A stretch of 64,000 bases of DNA from the human T2T-CHM13v2.0 reference genome, Homo sapiens: the NCBI RefSeq assembly GCF_009914755.1, contig NC_060927.1. One strand, given 5' to 3'. Shown here one piece after another: positions 13,561 through 28,299 of the stretch (positions are counted from its first letter, which is position 1; each line of letters begins with the position of its first letter). The position numbers and the translations under genes are program-made. The notes under the pieces are model-generated. The model saw only the letters and a list, made by a program, of their open reading frames with translations, ran no database searches and was not told where the DNA came from.

Positions 13561-16500
13561 GGACGGGGTTAGGTGATGTTGGATTGAGCGAGAAGCAGCC
13601 GTCATTTAACTAATGATTTTCCCTTCCTTCATTTTTTTCAGATACTTATTTCTTAATGCACACCATAATATGTAAATATTTTTGATTCTATAAAGACATA
13701 GTTTTAACCTAATTGGGTGGGGGAGAGAGTTTGTGTGAGTGAGTCAAATGAATCATAGAGTTTATTCCTGGAATGAGTACGGACTGTGGTTGAGGATGTT
13801 GAGGGTAAGTTAGCAGCTGACATCTGTGTTTCACTTTAAGCTTCCACAAGACTTAAGCCAGATCTAGTTAGCTGATCATCTGCATAGTTGTTCTTTAAGT
13901 TGGGTATGCATAGCGCTGGTAGATTAGGAGCTTGATAATTTCATTAAGTGATCATGATCTATTTCTTCTGCCTTTCCATTTTTACATGTAGAAGCAAATA
14001 TTGTTACCAACCAAAATGACCCATTTGCTCTCATTATGAATTACAATTCTTTTAAAGAATTTAGTATGCATATCCTTGACCTTTTTTGAAATTAAAAATT
14101 ATCTTGAAAATTTACCTCTCCGTCTGTAATTTCTGTGGTGTGCTCAAGAACAGCTTAATAGTCTGAAAACGGATGAATTTAAAATTAGAGAGTTGAAGGT
14201 CGTAACCCAGCAGTGATAACTCAGCTAATGAAATATTCATTTCCAAGTACGAAGTGGCACTGTATATCAATATGTTGTCACTGTCTGTCATCATTACGTA
14301 GAGCACAGGTATATTTATGCATTTATAAATAGCTAAGGGAAAAAAGAGGCTAATTACATGCAGAAATGCTACAGAAATTTCCGTGGCTGTGCTTCTAACA
14401 GGCAACTGCTAACCATTTTTCCAAGCCACGTTTGTGAATTAAGTATAGGTTCTGCACATTAACCTCTGCCGTATTTGGTTTTTAGAATGATGCTCTTAGG
14501 GGGAGGACAATTCAGGAGATATACATACTTTTTAAGGTCATGTCCACACTAGGGATTTGTTTATACAAATGTAAAATGAAACGTGCAATTTAGCACCTAT
14601 CTAGAAAAATTAAACCGAAAACTGTTTGGTTTGAAAAATCTAGAACATTGTAGAAGAGAGATATATTTATATAATTAGCATCACCAATTAAGAATGAATT
14701 GACTTTAGCAAAAATCAATGTAATTATCTAGATAATTCAGGCTAATTAAAGACCTTCCCAAATCCTTAGATCTTCATTAGCTGCATGCTTCTGGTAAAAG
14801 CAGATTTTTGGGGTGTCACATTAGCTTTATATTTTGCATCAGTCTTGCTCTATTCTGCTGCCGTAGACCTGGCTTCAAATGATAGTGCCCACTTGATAAA
14901 CAGATGTTGTTCAGGAGAAAATAAAATAGGAAATATAAAATATTCTGTGTCGAATTGAAAGCATGAGGGTCCTCATGTTCTTAGAATCTTCTTAGAAATA
15001 CAGTATAAAATCTTTATATACAGATACACATTGACAACAATAGAGAACTCATAAGCAGTTACCTGAGCAGGGTTGAACATATAGGTAGGGTCATGATGAT
15101 AATACACTAATGAACAGCCTGCCTTACACACATGCCTCCAATACACAGACACATACACACTTAGCTTAGGGAAGTAGGGCCACTTCTCTCCTGTTTGTTC
15201 TTTTCCTTGGATTCCTATACTTCCCTGGGCCTGTCAGTAACCATCCCTTCTCCCCAGTCACACTTTTTCTGTAGTCCCCTCTCTAAACAGGAAGCGACAA
15301 CTACTAATTAGACTTATAAATAAAAGCCACCTTAAATGAACATCATGTGTAGGTTTCCCAAGTTATACGTGCCTCTGGCCTTTTTCTCATCATTTACTAT
15401 GGAAATAAAGACAAACAAACATATTTTCCCCCATAATCTTTGGAGGGTAGAGTAGGTAGTGTCAGATGTGCCTGTTATGGTGGTTGTTCAGAAATTAAAA
15501 GAGGGCAATTTGCATTGGCCAATGGACACTTTAGCTTCTAAAAAATTCATTTTATTCTTCTTCTTTGATTATTCCTAGCTTTTAATCTGAGTAAAGGACA
15601 TAGATTGTGGCTTGGCCTTACTTCATGGCATGGGAAGCACATGATACGAATAAACTTGACTTAGTACTGTATTTGGCCGTGGCTTGACTTGATACCTTGA
15701 GCCTCATGAGTTATTTCATCAGTTGGTCGCTAGTTATGGTTCTTTATCTTTCAAGGGCCTTAACAAAAATTTTTAAAGAGCCAGGCTGGTTATCGTAACT
15801 ATTATAGGAATTCAAGGGTGGTTGGAGAGTCAACGTAGCGAAGAGTTAGAAAAGAGGAAAGAAATCCACCCCCAGACTGGGTATGTATCATTGATAGTGT
15901 CAGAAACAGGCAGGAGTATTATTTTTGGAGAAAAGACCTACTTTTACCTTTGTGCTTCTATTTTTATACTTATGTCTCATGATGTTTTTAAGACGCCAGA
16001 AATGACATATGTCTATCAAGTTTTGAAACTAATATGTCTTTAAATGATCATTCTCTGATTACATCATGTAGATTTAGAATATGCTAAATTTGAGGAAAAT
16101 TAGCATTGTGTCTTTGAAATGTCCCACTGGAAATAGAAGCCTTACGCACCATAACTGCTTAAAGACAAAGAGAAAATAGATGTCTTTTGAATTCTTTCTT
16201 AATTATCACCATGATCTCCCATGTGTCAATGCTAGTTTTTCTAAGCAAAACACAGTTTTGGTTTTTAACATATATCCTGAAAGGGGAAATAGTTGGTGAT
16301 CTGGTATCCTTCTTTAAAAGCTCCTCATAACGTAGGCTAAAAGAATCGCTTATATTTTCCCCAAAGCTGAATCCTTTGTGTGCCAAAAAAAAAAGTTATT
16401 TAACCTAAGAAGCAAATATTAATATTTCGTTGAGTTGAAAGATGTGTCTGTTCTTCTCTCCGTCCTAACCCCAAATAAAGTGATTGATAAAGAAGGAATT

Positions 16501-17559
16501 ATGGTGATGAATAATTCCTGATGGCCTTTTAATGTTCGTTTGTATTTCCTGTAAATGATTAAGGATAATTACTCTGGAAAGAATCCGGAAACAAGAGAAA
16601 CTCCATAGCAGGAATTATTTAATTTATGCTGTTACTTCCTTTCCTGCCTTTTCCCTGAATGAATCTAAGGCAACTTTGGTAGCATCACATTGCCTCTGTT
16701 TGAAAAACTTTGCTATGCTTAGTTTTAGTGGATGGGTTATCTCATTGGCATCTGAAATGGTAAATATTCCGAGTGGTATCATTAGTTTCGCTTTTCAGTG
16801 ATCTGTGAAGTAAAGAGCCCCTAAGTAATGCGGGACAGTACAGTTACTGAATCACCATAGTCCGCTTTATTAGGTCCTTCTGGGAAGCCCATAAATGCTT
16901 GATCACTGACCCCAGACCTTAATGTTCATTCCTTATTGGAAGCCTTTAATTTTGGTATGATGGACACAATTATATCACAGTGGTTCCTGTGGAGTTGTTA
17001 AAGTCAATCTGTTCTTAAAAACTTCTTAAAAGGCCGATTTATTGACTTGATGGGCTGTAAAACAGTTTCCGTTTATTACGGGAATTACCTTCTTAGGTAG
17101 ACATTTGTGAACATGACGGCTTTAGTGATACCCCTCGTTACCCAGTGGAGTCCTGTTAAAATTCCTGAAATTAGGCCATTTATTCCCTCAAGGATATCGT
17201 CTCCAGTGGTGTCTTTTTTTCTTGAAGATGGCTCCCGCTATCTCAGACAAACTTGTGAGTTTGTCTGAGGAAAATAAAGGATTTGTAGCAGTATTCAAAA
17301 TGTTCCCAGTTTGACAGTAGCTCCCAGTTAGAGAGGCTCCTGCTGCTTGTGTCTACCTGTCCTCAAAGGACACACGGCCAACTTCTTTCCTTTTCCCAGT
17401 TTAAAAGTGATTTACTCCCATGGTTGAGACTGGTTTTCAGCATCAACGTGTGCTGCATGGCGTCTTCTAAGTATCAAAGCAGAGATTCACTTTTCATTTC
17501 TGGGTATTTGGAAGATGATCAGGTGCCTAGGACTATTAGATGTATAATAAATATGTTTC

Positions 17560-17935
17560 ACTTCTCAACCAGAGTACACAGGGTTACAGAGGGAACTAAT
17601 TTTATTGAGTTATCAAAATATTAAAATTTGTGATTGGCAATGCGTGAACATTTTATTAACACATTACAAGATCTACTAGCACGTATAACAACTATCATAA
17701 TATTAAAGTTGTCATGAATGCCTGTGACATTTTGAGATACCTGCAGCAACTGTAATGTGAGTGATTTCTCACAATGACAAATTCTCAAATATTGCTAATA
17801 GTACTGTGGATTTTCCTACATTGGTAAATTGAAGGAATTGCTAAATGCTGAATTCAGCAACCAGTTTGAGATTGTTGAAAATAAAGATTGTTTCTTTTTC
17901 AATGCAAGTTCACAGATCACTGGAGTTCTAGCTAC
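17560..17935. mobile_element. hAT-family DNA transposon remnant
   Basis: TACTGTGGATTTTCCTACATT…GAAGGAATTGCTAAAT…GAAAATAAAGAT…CAAGTTCACAGA resembles a Charlie-type internal sequence; subfamily uncertain. Confidence 0.5.
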
Positions 17936-17949
17936 AGTTTGTTCTAGAC

Positions 17950-18160
17950 CAGAGGTTGCAGATATTTTTGTCCTATAAAGAGACACATGGTTAATATTTT
18001 TGGCTTTGTGAGTTGTATAGTTTTCGTTGTAGCTGTTCAGCTCTGCTACATGAAAGCAACCATAGACCATACCTTAACAAGTGGTCACTTTTGAGTACCA
18101 ATAAAACTTTATTTAGAAATAACAGAGGGCTGGATTTGGTCCTAGTTTGCTGAACCCTTT
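17950..18160 (+). mobile_element. MER58A (hAT-Charlie MITE)
   Basis: AAAGCAACCATAGAC…CCAATAAAACTTTATTT…GGCTGGATTTGG…TAGTTTGCTGAACC; TCTAGA target-site signature on both flanks. Confidence 0.85.
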
Positions 18161-18369
18161 TCTAGATGAAGGCTCCTCTTGCCAAGACTGGCTCCCTACC
18201 TTGGCTGACAAATTCTCACTTTGGGACTTAGTCATTGTTGCTGCTCTCTGTTATTTTGCATGTCTTTTCTCATGTTTAGGTGCTGTGTCTTAATACTTTT
18301 TTCTTACATTTAATTTAACAATCATTACTGAGCGCTGGTATGTCTAGTTTCTTTTCTCTTCTTTCCTCC

Positions 18370-18687
18370 TTTTCTTTTCTTTTTTTCTTTTTCTTTATTT
18401 GAAGGCTCTCACTCTGTCACCCACACTGGAATGCAGTAGCAGGATCTCAGCTCACTGTAGCCTTGATGTCTCGGGCTCAGGTGATCCTCCCATCTCAACC
18501 TCTTGAGTAGCAGGAACAATGAGTGCATGCCACAATGCCTGGCTCATTTTTTAAAATTTTTTGTAGAGACGGGGTCTCCCTGTGTTGCCCAGGCTGGTCT
18601 CAGACTCTTGGTCCTGATCTCAAGTGATCCTCCAGCCTCAGCCTCTCAAAGTGTTAGGATTACAGGCATGAGCTACTGTGCCTAGCC
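18370..18687 (-). mobile_element. AluJ
   Basis: Antisense Alu; TCTAGTTTCTT TSD on both sides. Confidence 0.93.
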
Positions 18688-20711
18688 TCTAGTTTCTTAT
18701 AATACAGAGATGATTAAGACATACTTCTTGCCCTTACAGAAATTCATACTAGTTGAATAGACCAACACACAGATGGGTAAGTGTAAATATAGTGTTATAA
18801 TTGCTACAGTAGTGCAGCATAAAGTGTTGCTGGAACAATGAGGACAAAAATAACGTATTCCTCCCTCATGGGACTTTTCAGTACTTTGCATTCAGTACTT
18901 TATATGGATAGTGTTCCTTTCTTTCCATGACCTGATATATCTAAAGATCAATGTGTCTGTATTTAAGTAAGTATTTTATTTGAAAAGGATGAAGAGTTCT
19001 GAAACCCTAAGTGTTTGTATATGGTAATGGAAGTTTATTCACAGGTAATGATAACTTACTGCTTTGGAGGTACTTTGTTTCACGAGTTGATTGTTATTTG
19101 AGGCTTCTGTTGTAAGTGAGGTGAGATAAAAAATAATGCCTAAAACCTAGTCCTCTAATCTGGGGACAGTAAATTTTGTGCATGGAGTGAATTTCCATAA
19201 CTGGCATATCCTGTCCTGGTTGAGATCTTGTGCATCACATGATTTAGTGCTTCATTTTCAGCAGCTGTTTCCTGGTACCATCAGGGTCGGCATGGCCGTG
19301 GGATTCAGCTGATGTGCTTATTCCAGTGGGTGGTTTCTCCCTGTGTTGCAGAGTTCACAGGCTGTACCTAGCTCAGTGGAGTAGACTGGTGTGATCACTT
19401 AGCCGTGTCTGTCATGGGCAGTGGAGTACAGAGGGTGGTTGCCCTCTCTCCATTTCACACTTGTACTGGAGGAACCCTGAGGCTAGATGGTTTTTCTGTT
19501 AATTTAGAAAATCTTTGTCCCCTAATGTTGCTGGACTTGCTGGGGTGGTGAACCATTCGAGTTGTTGCCTTCTCTTCTCCGTCTGTCCCTTCCTTAAGCA
19601 CAGAGTACTTCGGGAACACCATCTTGTCTTCATCACTATCTTGGGCATCTATTTATTACAAACTTGGAATTGAACAAAAATGTTTTAGTCCAGTGGTTTG
19701 GATTAAAATCAAAGTTCATAACAAAACTCAGACCATGTTCTATTTTACTGAAAACATCAATAGTGAGTGTACTAGAGCTTTTGGAGTTAGAAAAAGAACC
19801 ATGGAAAGCAGAGTTGCTGCTGATGTGTTTTGCTTCTTGGCTAAGTTTGTGTATAAGTTTATAGATGTATACTTTCCCTATGTATACACATGAGGAAGTA
19901 CTAAAGCAGAACTTTATAGCTATTTACTTTACCCTTGGTTTCACAAATAGCTTCACTGAAACATTACAAGAGAAATTCTCAGTCTCAGAATCCCTTTCAT
20001 TTCAGAAATTCTTTGACTTCTGTGATTTTTTTTTTTTTTTGGTTTGGTAATTTTTCCTGAAATTCAGTTATTCACTTTGTGATTTAATTATTTCATCTAG
20101 GAAAATATGTCGAATAAGTCATTCATCTCTGACATAGGTAGGTACAAGGATTGATTTGTTGATACTTTTTTGAATATCAATAAGATTAAAGTATATATAA
20201 AATCTGAGTTTTTGATCTGTTGTATGTTAGCAAGGATATTTGTAATTAAAATGAATTATCAGTCAGCACCTCCTTTTTCCTTTTACTGTGGTTAAGGTAA
20301 AGATGTCGGTTAACAGTTTAAAACAATAGTCTAATCAATGGTTGCCGTGTTGCTAAATTATTAATGAAACAGGGAAGAAGTATGGTATAATTTTTATTAT
20401 TTGACTTGACTTCTGCACCTGTTTTTATGTATAATTGATCCTAAGCTATTAGAGCTGAAGCTTTGAGAATAGTTTTGAGAAGCAAGAAACTGTCCTTTCT
20501 TAGTGGGCTGGAAAAACAAAGTCAGCATTTATCTCAGGTATTTACAATGTATTGTTTCTTAGATTTGTCATTTAGGCTTACTCCCACAGAGTCTGGGAAA
20601 TAAGTTTCTGTTGCAACGGTTTCTTGAGGCATGCTGTTCCAGCCTTTGAGTCAAACTTACCAAGTGACTTTAGGAACCAAAATGATTCTTTTACTTAGAT
20701 AACCTGTTTGA

Positions 20712-21098
<387 letters not shown>

Positions 21099-21504
21099 TG
21101 ACATCTATAAACTACAAGTGTCTGTGCTAGTTCGGATGTTGTTTAAGGTCCTTTCTTGCCTTCAGAGGTATCGTTTATTAGTGAATTTATTTTTATCTCA
21201 CTTTTTAGATTTTGTTAATGATGTGCAGAGTTTTAAGAGAAATGGAAGGCAGAAAAGTACATGTTTAATGCATCTTCCTGTAGAATCTTTAGTTCTAGAC
21301 ACTGGAATGCCTCACTTGTTAGAGCTCCCCTTTTTGCTTGGGTTGCTGTGACCTCAGAGTGTAGGAGTTTTTAGGGGAGCACGGAAGATGAGAGATCTGT
21401 AATCTTGTAGTTGGTGTAGTGTCACCAAAGGGGACTCTGGCAGGCACATGACTTTATGTCTTTACTTCTTTCTTGAGGCGGGGAGTTGGGGGTGGGGGAA
21501 GGAC

Positions 21505-21770
21505 CAGTTCTTATTCTGTCACCCAGGCTGAGTGCAGTGGTGCCATCACAACTCACTGCAGCCTTGACCTCCTGGGCTTAAGTGATCCTCCCACCTCAGC
21601 TCCACAGGCACCCACCCCCGTCACCCCTCCGTAGCTGGGACTGCAGGTGTGCGCCACCATGCCCAGCTAATATTTTTAAGTTTTTTGTAGAGATAGGGAC
21701 TCACTATGTTGTCCAGGCTGGTGTCAAAACTCCTGGGCTCAAGCAGTTTTCCCTCCTTGGCCTCCTAAAT
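21505..21770 (-). mobile_element. AluJ with a C-rich internal insertion
   Basis: Antisense AluJ motifs interrupted at 21601-21630. Confidence 0.9.
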
Positions 21771-21801
21771 GGCTTTACTTCTCCGTTGAGCCTACACTTA
21801 G

Positions 21802-22277
<476 letters not shown>

Positions 22278-22369
22278 TGTAAATAGAAAGGCTTTGAGAG
22301 TGGCACAAGAAATATAAGATAGGAAATATAAACAAGTGGAGGAAAGGTCTCCAAGGTTCAGTGAATGAT

Positions 22370-22840
22370 TGTGAATATTGGATGCATGTCAGGATTTGTC
22401 TCTTTATTGGTCCAGCCTGTCGCTTCCTGTCTGTCCCTGCTTCTCACAGTTCTACTATGGCTGTCTGTCACCGTGACCAGAATGGGAGTGGACCACTTAC
22501 CCAGCCCAGTCTCTTTCACTTGAATGGATATGTCACCTGGGCTTGTGGTGTACCTAGCCAAAGTGGTGGTTTCAAGACTGGTTATGTGTCTCAAAGCAAG
22601 GCTAATGAGCATCTTTTCTGAGTTTGCTAGTCCCCTCCCAAACAGAATTTATCTTCTTTTGGATGTGTTTCTCATCCAAAGAAGAATATGCTGCATTTTT
22701 GGCTTTGTGATGGCAACTTCCTGGCCTAGAAGGTAGAAAGAGAACCAGAGCTATGATGATACCTGAACCAGCTGTATCTGGAGCTTTGTACCTTAAACTT
22801 TTTAATTATTTGAGTCAATTCCTTATTTTATTTATTTGAC
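22370..22840. mobile_element. Old MLT1 (ERVL-MaLR) LTR
   Basis: GATATGTCACCTGGGC…CCTGAACCAGCTGTATCTGGAG…TTTGAGTCAATTCCTT pattern. Confidence 0.5.
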
Positions 22841-24269
22841 TTACATTTATGTTCTTTTCTATCAAAAAATAAGCAATACAATGGGGAAAGGGACACAAAA
22901 AGCTATTGATAAAAAAATAATAATAACAAGCTATTCTTACCAGCCAAGACCTTAACTTGCAAATTGGCAGAAGTCCAGTCCAGTACAGCTTTCTGGATGC
23001 TGTCTACTTGTTGTTGTTTTTTTTCTGGCCACTGTCTCCACCCCTTGCCAGTTTCCTTGAGCTAAAAGGACCAAAGTTAATTCCAAGTTTGGCTAGGTGG
23101 TGAAAATGACACTGTGAGAATCATCTGTTCTCTGTTTCTCCCTGCCATACAGAAATAAACATCTTTTTGATTATTAAATTAGAACTAGCCTGAAGTTCTT
23201 CCATGGCATGTTGAAGTTGTTTCCACCAAACACCTTGTTGGAGCAAAGTGATTTTGCTGTAGAGGAAGTGACATCCCTGGAAGTTAATGTCACAGATTTT
23301 GGAGTATCTGCTTAGTGTTGGAGAAAGGCGAACTTTTCTGTTTCGTTTGCCCAACTGCCTTGACTTGAGCACAGAAGGCCATTTTGCATGAATGCTTTTA
23401 TCTAAATTCTGTCTTTCCCATTACTTTCCTTGTTTTCCACCCCCATCTCCATTTTACTTTAAAAAAAAATCAGAATAGAATTTGTATAATTATTATGGAC
23501 TTGTGTGTGGGGGGTATCTTTTTCTTAAGGATGTGTTAGAATTACTATTATTTAAAAAATTCTTCTTGTCTTTATTTTTCTATTGCCATCTGTTCATTTA
23601 AATATTCTCAGATTGTTTATGGTTTTGGTTTTCCCTCCATATATTTTCTGGCATTTGGCTCTCCTTTTCTGACACAATAGGTCAGGCTTTCAAAAATCTG
23701 GTCCCTATGTAATTTGACTTTTTCAGTAGTCAACATACCGCCCATGCCTTCCGAAGTCTTTCATCTCTTAGGTCTTTGAGCAGATGTTAACTGTTTAAAT
23801 ATTTTGTTGTTTTGGTGTAAAGAAAATTGAAATATAAGACGTCAGTGATAGCATGCTTTGCTTACACCAGAGCAGATTGCTGCTTACAAGTTGAATATGC
23901 AAACATCTTTAAAACATGGAACATTCCCTTATGCATTTTAACCATAATCTACAGGTTGTGTATTCTGAAAAATGAGTAAATTCATCAGGTTATAATGAAG
24001 ATTTTCGTTTGAAAGCTGGTGTTTTTATTCCCTGAATTGGTCTTCAACTTTGGGAACTTACCTGTGGATAGAGTCGGTCTCCCACCTGAGAATGAGAAAG
24101 GAATTTAGGTGTGTTTTATACTCTATAACTTCTGGTTCATATTATATTGATGATGGTATTTGGACTTATTTAGTCATAATATGAGTGGTTAAAATAAATG
24201 AATACTAAGTTGGTGGTGGTGTAGAGTCAACTAGGAAAGTGACCTCACTGTTACTAGTAGTAGCAACAG

Positions 24270-24530
24270 AAGCAGCAGTATCAATGATCAGCGTTCATTG
24301 CATACTTAATATATTCCTGACACAGTGTCAAGTGTCTCATTTAATCCTCCTGCCAGCCTTATCTGTTAATCCCTTTTAGTATCCCATTTTACAGATGAGG
24401 GAACTGAGGCTTAGAATAAGTAGCTTTTCTAAGGTCATACAACTAATAAGTAGTGGGGCTGGGATTTCAGTCATGGTGATCTGAGTCTATTGCTCATGTG
24501 CTTGACCACTGTATTGCATTTCTTCATTGT
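24270..24530 (-). mobile_element. MIR
   Basis: Core CCCATTTTACAGATGAGGGAACTGAGGCTTAG…AAGGTCATACAACTAATAAGT. Confidence 0.85.
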
Positions 24531-24566
24531 GGTATAGGGCTTAAGAGCACAGGCTGGTGAAGGTCA

Positions 24567-24950
<384 letters not shown>

Positions 24951-26489
24951 CTACCTTCACAGTGTTGAGAGATTAAATGAGAAAATATAGATGCCTGGTT
25001 GGCATAAGTGCTTAGTATATACCGGCTATTTTTATTATTTTTAAGGCTATTGATTACTAGTACTTTAGAACTTTGTATATACTGTGTCTCCCCACCCCCA
25101 TTATGAAGTGGCCTTTGCATAGTAAAAGTTCGTATGGCTTTGAGTGTAATCATATCTTTGGGTGGATAGTGCATCACTACCTTTGCCTTACATGATATAT
25201 TAAATAATTGAACAGCAGCAGATACCTCTTTAACTTTATTCAGATTTTGTCCTTGGCCTGTTCCCCACCAGCCAAAGCAGGGAGAAATTTGTAGCTCAGG
25301 CCCTCAAGTTGAAAGTGGGCATTAATATTAGCAAATTCCCTTTAATAATCATCCCATTAAATTTGATGACCAGAGGGGACGTCCTCATAGCTTATAACAG
25401 AAAATAGTGTCTCTAGGAGTCAAGGGAGCTTTTCCCAAATGTTATCTATTGAGCAAGATTAAAGAGACAGATCACCCAGGAGGCTGATGGTAGGTGGTGT
25501 TAATCCATTAGTCCACACGCAGATAACTCGTTAGGTTTCCTGAGCATCCCCCTTAATCTTGGCTGCAGAGATAGAAAAGGAGATTGTAGAAACTTGCCCT
25601 GCAGCAAAGATTATTGATATGTTTTCCTCTTACATGACTCAAAACCAAAAAGGAATGTAATAAATAACGGCTGTGACTCCTGGAGTGATTAAAGAGCACT
25701 CAGGAGCCAGGAGAGCTGATAGCTGCCAGCTCCAGAGCCTGAGTGGGCAGAACTTGGTTCCTTGAGACAGCAGCTGCCTAGGAAGGACAAAGTCTGCATG
25801 ACGCTCTGTGGTGCTTTGTGTGCAAGTTGACCATTGTGGCAAGGTCATAGGATAGCATGGTGGGGAGGGGGTTGCCCCTTTGTGTTTGTTGCCCGCACCT
25901 TTGCCCTTGTGTGCAGGATTCTCTCTGCTTCCTTTTGTGGATGAATCCTTCTGACTTTTTAGGTCATAGATTTTGTGTTGATTCTTAAGTGTGGCCTCTA
26001 CAGAGGTCGTTTGCCCCTTAATATGTTTATATTGTTGCTGTTAACTTTATTGTTTTTGTCTGTCTTACCAGACACAAGGCAAGATTTTGTTTCTCTCTTC
26101 ACTCTCTTTTCTGGCTTAACCCAAGACCTGGTGGTGGCACATACTAACCACTCCAAAATTTTTAGAGGCTGAATGCCAGCTGTTGGCTTAATCCATATGT
26201 TTTCATGAAACCATTGTGTTCATCTGTTTTCTCCCGGGTGAAGGGTTAGTTGTTGGATTCAGCTTTATATATTTGGAAATAAGAAATCAAGTGAGGGACT
26301 GTAGGAAAACGTAGAGCAGCTCCTGGTTTTGCGAGGTTGTTAGAGGCCAGCCGGCACAGAAATGTTCGTATTCTTCCCAGGAGCTAAGATATTCATCATG
26401 AGCTCTTTGAGCCAGGTTTCCATCATCTGTGAAATACAGAAATGATGCTTACTGTGTTCTAGCTCCCCTTAAGGATTAAACCATTTAAC

Positions 26490-26662
26490 AGATCTCACTG
26501 ATGCAGAAATTTCTTCTTCACATTTTAATATCTCTGAAATCGGAATATACTTTTCATTGAATAATGTTTGAAAATTGTTGGATTTTTTTCCCCCATATTT
26601 GAACATCACTGAGATTGGGCTGAGTCTTAAAATCATTGGTGTCTGACTTCATGAAATAAGGT
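26490..26662. mobile_element. MER104-like TcMar-Tc2 MITE
   Basis: CACATTTTAATATCTCTGAAATCGG…GTCTTAAAATCATTGGTGTC…CATGAAATAAGGTA. Confidence 0.55.
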
Positions 26663-28299
26663 AATTATGGGAGCCGCATTGGTCTTAGGTGTATACTAAA
26701 TGTTAGTAACCTTTTTCCGTAATAACTAAGAAAAAAATGTTGATACAAACATCACTATGTGAAAGAAAGGCTCACAGGTGTGAGAAGAACAGGGAGGCTG
26801 GGTTCTTTCAGGTTTGGTGTTGTCACTAGCCTGGAGTCATTTATCTCCACACCCCCCCCACCCCCCCACCTCCCGCCTTCCTTTGTAAATCAAGATTTTT
26901 GGTTTTTCAGGTATGAAACTAGGTTTTCCATCTAGTGCCACTGATTACCAGTAGCTCATGAGAGCTCTGTGCTTGAGTAGAGTTGTAAAGCCAAGTCCTG
27001 AGTTTGTATGCTGGTGTTAGATCATGCTGACTGCCCGGAGTGTGGTGTGGAGAAGGAGACTTGACAGTGCCCTCAGTTTCCCCTCCTGGGTTACCTGATC
27101 CTCAACTCTAATTTTTAATGTCAAAAAGAAGGAAAGATGAAGGAGGGACGAAAAGAGTGGGAGAGAAGGAGAAAAAAATGAAAAAAACAAGAAGGATGAG
27201 GATGAAATTTTTAAAAAACCAGGTCAATGGACTATTCTTCCCAGCATAAAATTAAAGAAGGCAGAGAGATACTTGAGTCTGCCTGCTGAATCCAAGCATG
27301 TAGTAATACTGTTGAGACAGTTATGGTTGAATAATTTTTTCTTCATTCTTAAAATGCTCGTCTGCATTTTAATACAGACAATTGCATAAATTATCTCTTA
27401 TAGGAATAAACTCTCTTTCCACAAAGATTAACCCTGCCCAGTATCATGGGGAGCTTTTAAAGAGTTTATTAGCTGTGATATAGGAAATAAACACTTCAGA
27501 TGATTGTGGAAAGAAAATAGATACAACTGTAGCTATAAATGCTAAAATACCAACTCAGCATGTTAGGATCCCTTCCCCAACACACACTTCACCACTATGT
27601 AGGTTCCCACCAAAATCCCGTATGTGACAGTAAATGACAACTAGTTAATTCTTTTGGTAGGTTAAGAAGGGCTTTTAGGGTATGGACAGTAATATCAGGC
27701 ATGAAATTACTTTATCAGTGTAATGTTTATCAGAATCACTTGCCAACTCACTATGCTTCCTCTGAGACTTATATCCAAAACATTTCCCTGAAAGGAATAA
27801 AAATTTTTTCACAGTCACTTTGCATTTTAAAGAGTCTGTTCTTTACCACCTCATCAGGCATTCAAAGTGCTGTTGTTGTTGCTGCTGGTTTTTTTTTTTT
27901 TTTTTTTTTTAAACCCTTTGAGTTATTTTGAATCTTTTCACTTTTACCTTTGGAAGGGACCCTTAGTGAAGGTCTTGTCTTTTCATCTGTAGCATCTTCC
28001 AATAAAAGTTGGCTCAACAACAGCCCATCTGATAACTCAAGAGTCGGAGACAAGGGCTTGACTAGTGAATGAAATGTTCTGCTTTTGTGGATAAGCAGCA
28101 AGTAGAAAAGGAAGGTCAGTGGAACAGACCAGAGGCATGGTGAGTCTTTGGCCTCCTGTTGATGGGGTAGAGCTGTGCGGTACAGAGCCAGCCTTCCGTT
28201 CCTGAGCAGAGTTCTCGTCATTACTAGAACCTGAAACCTTGAGGGTTTCTTGGTCTTTTTCACCTTCTCTCCACCTGTTAGGGACATAAACATTAAAAA

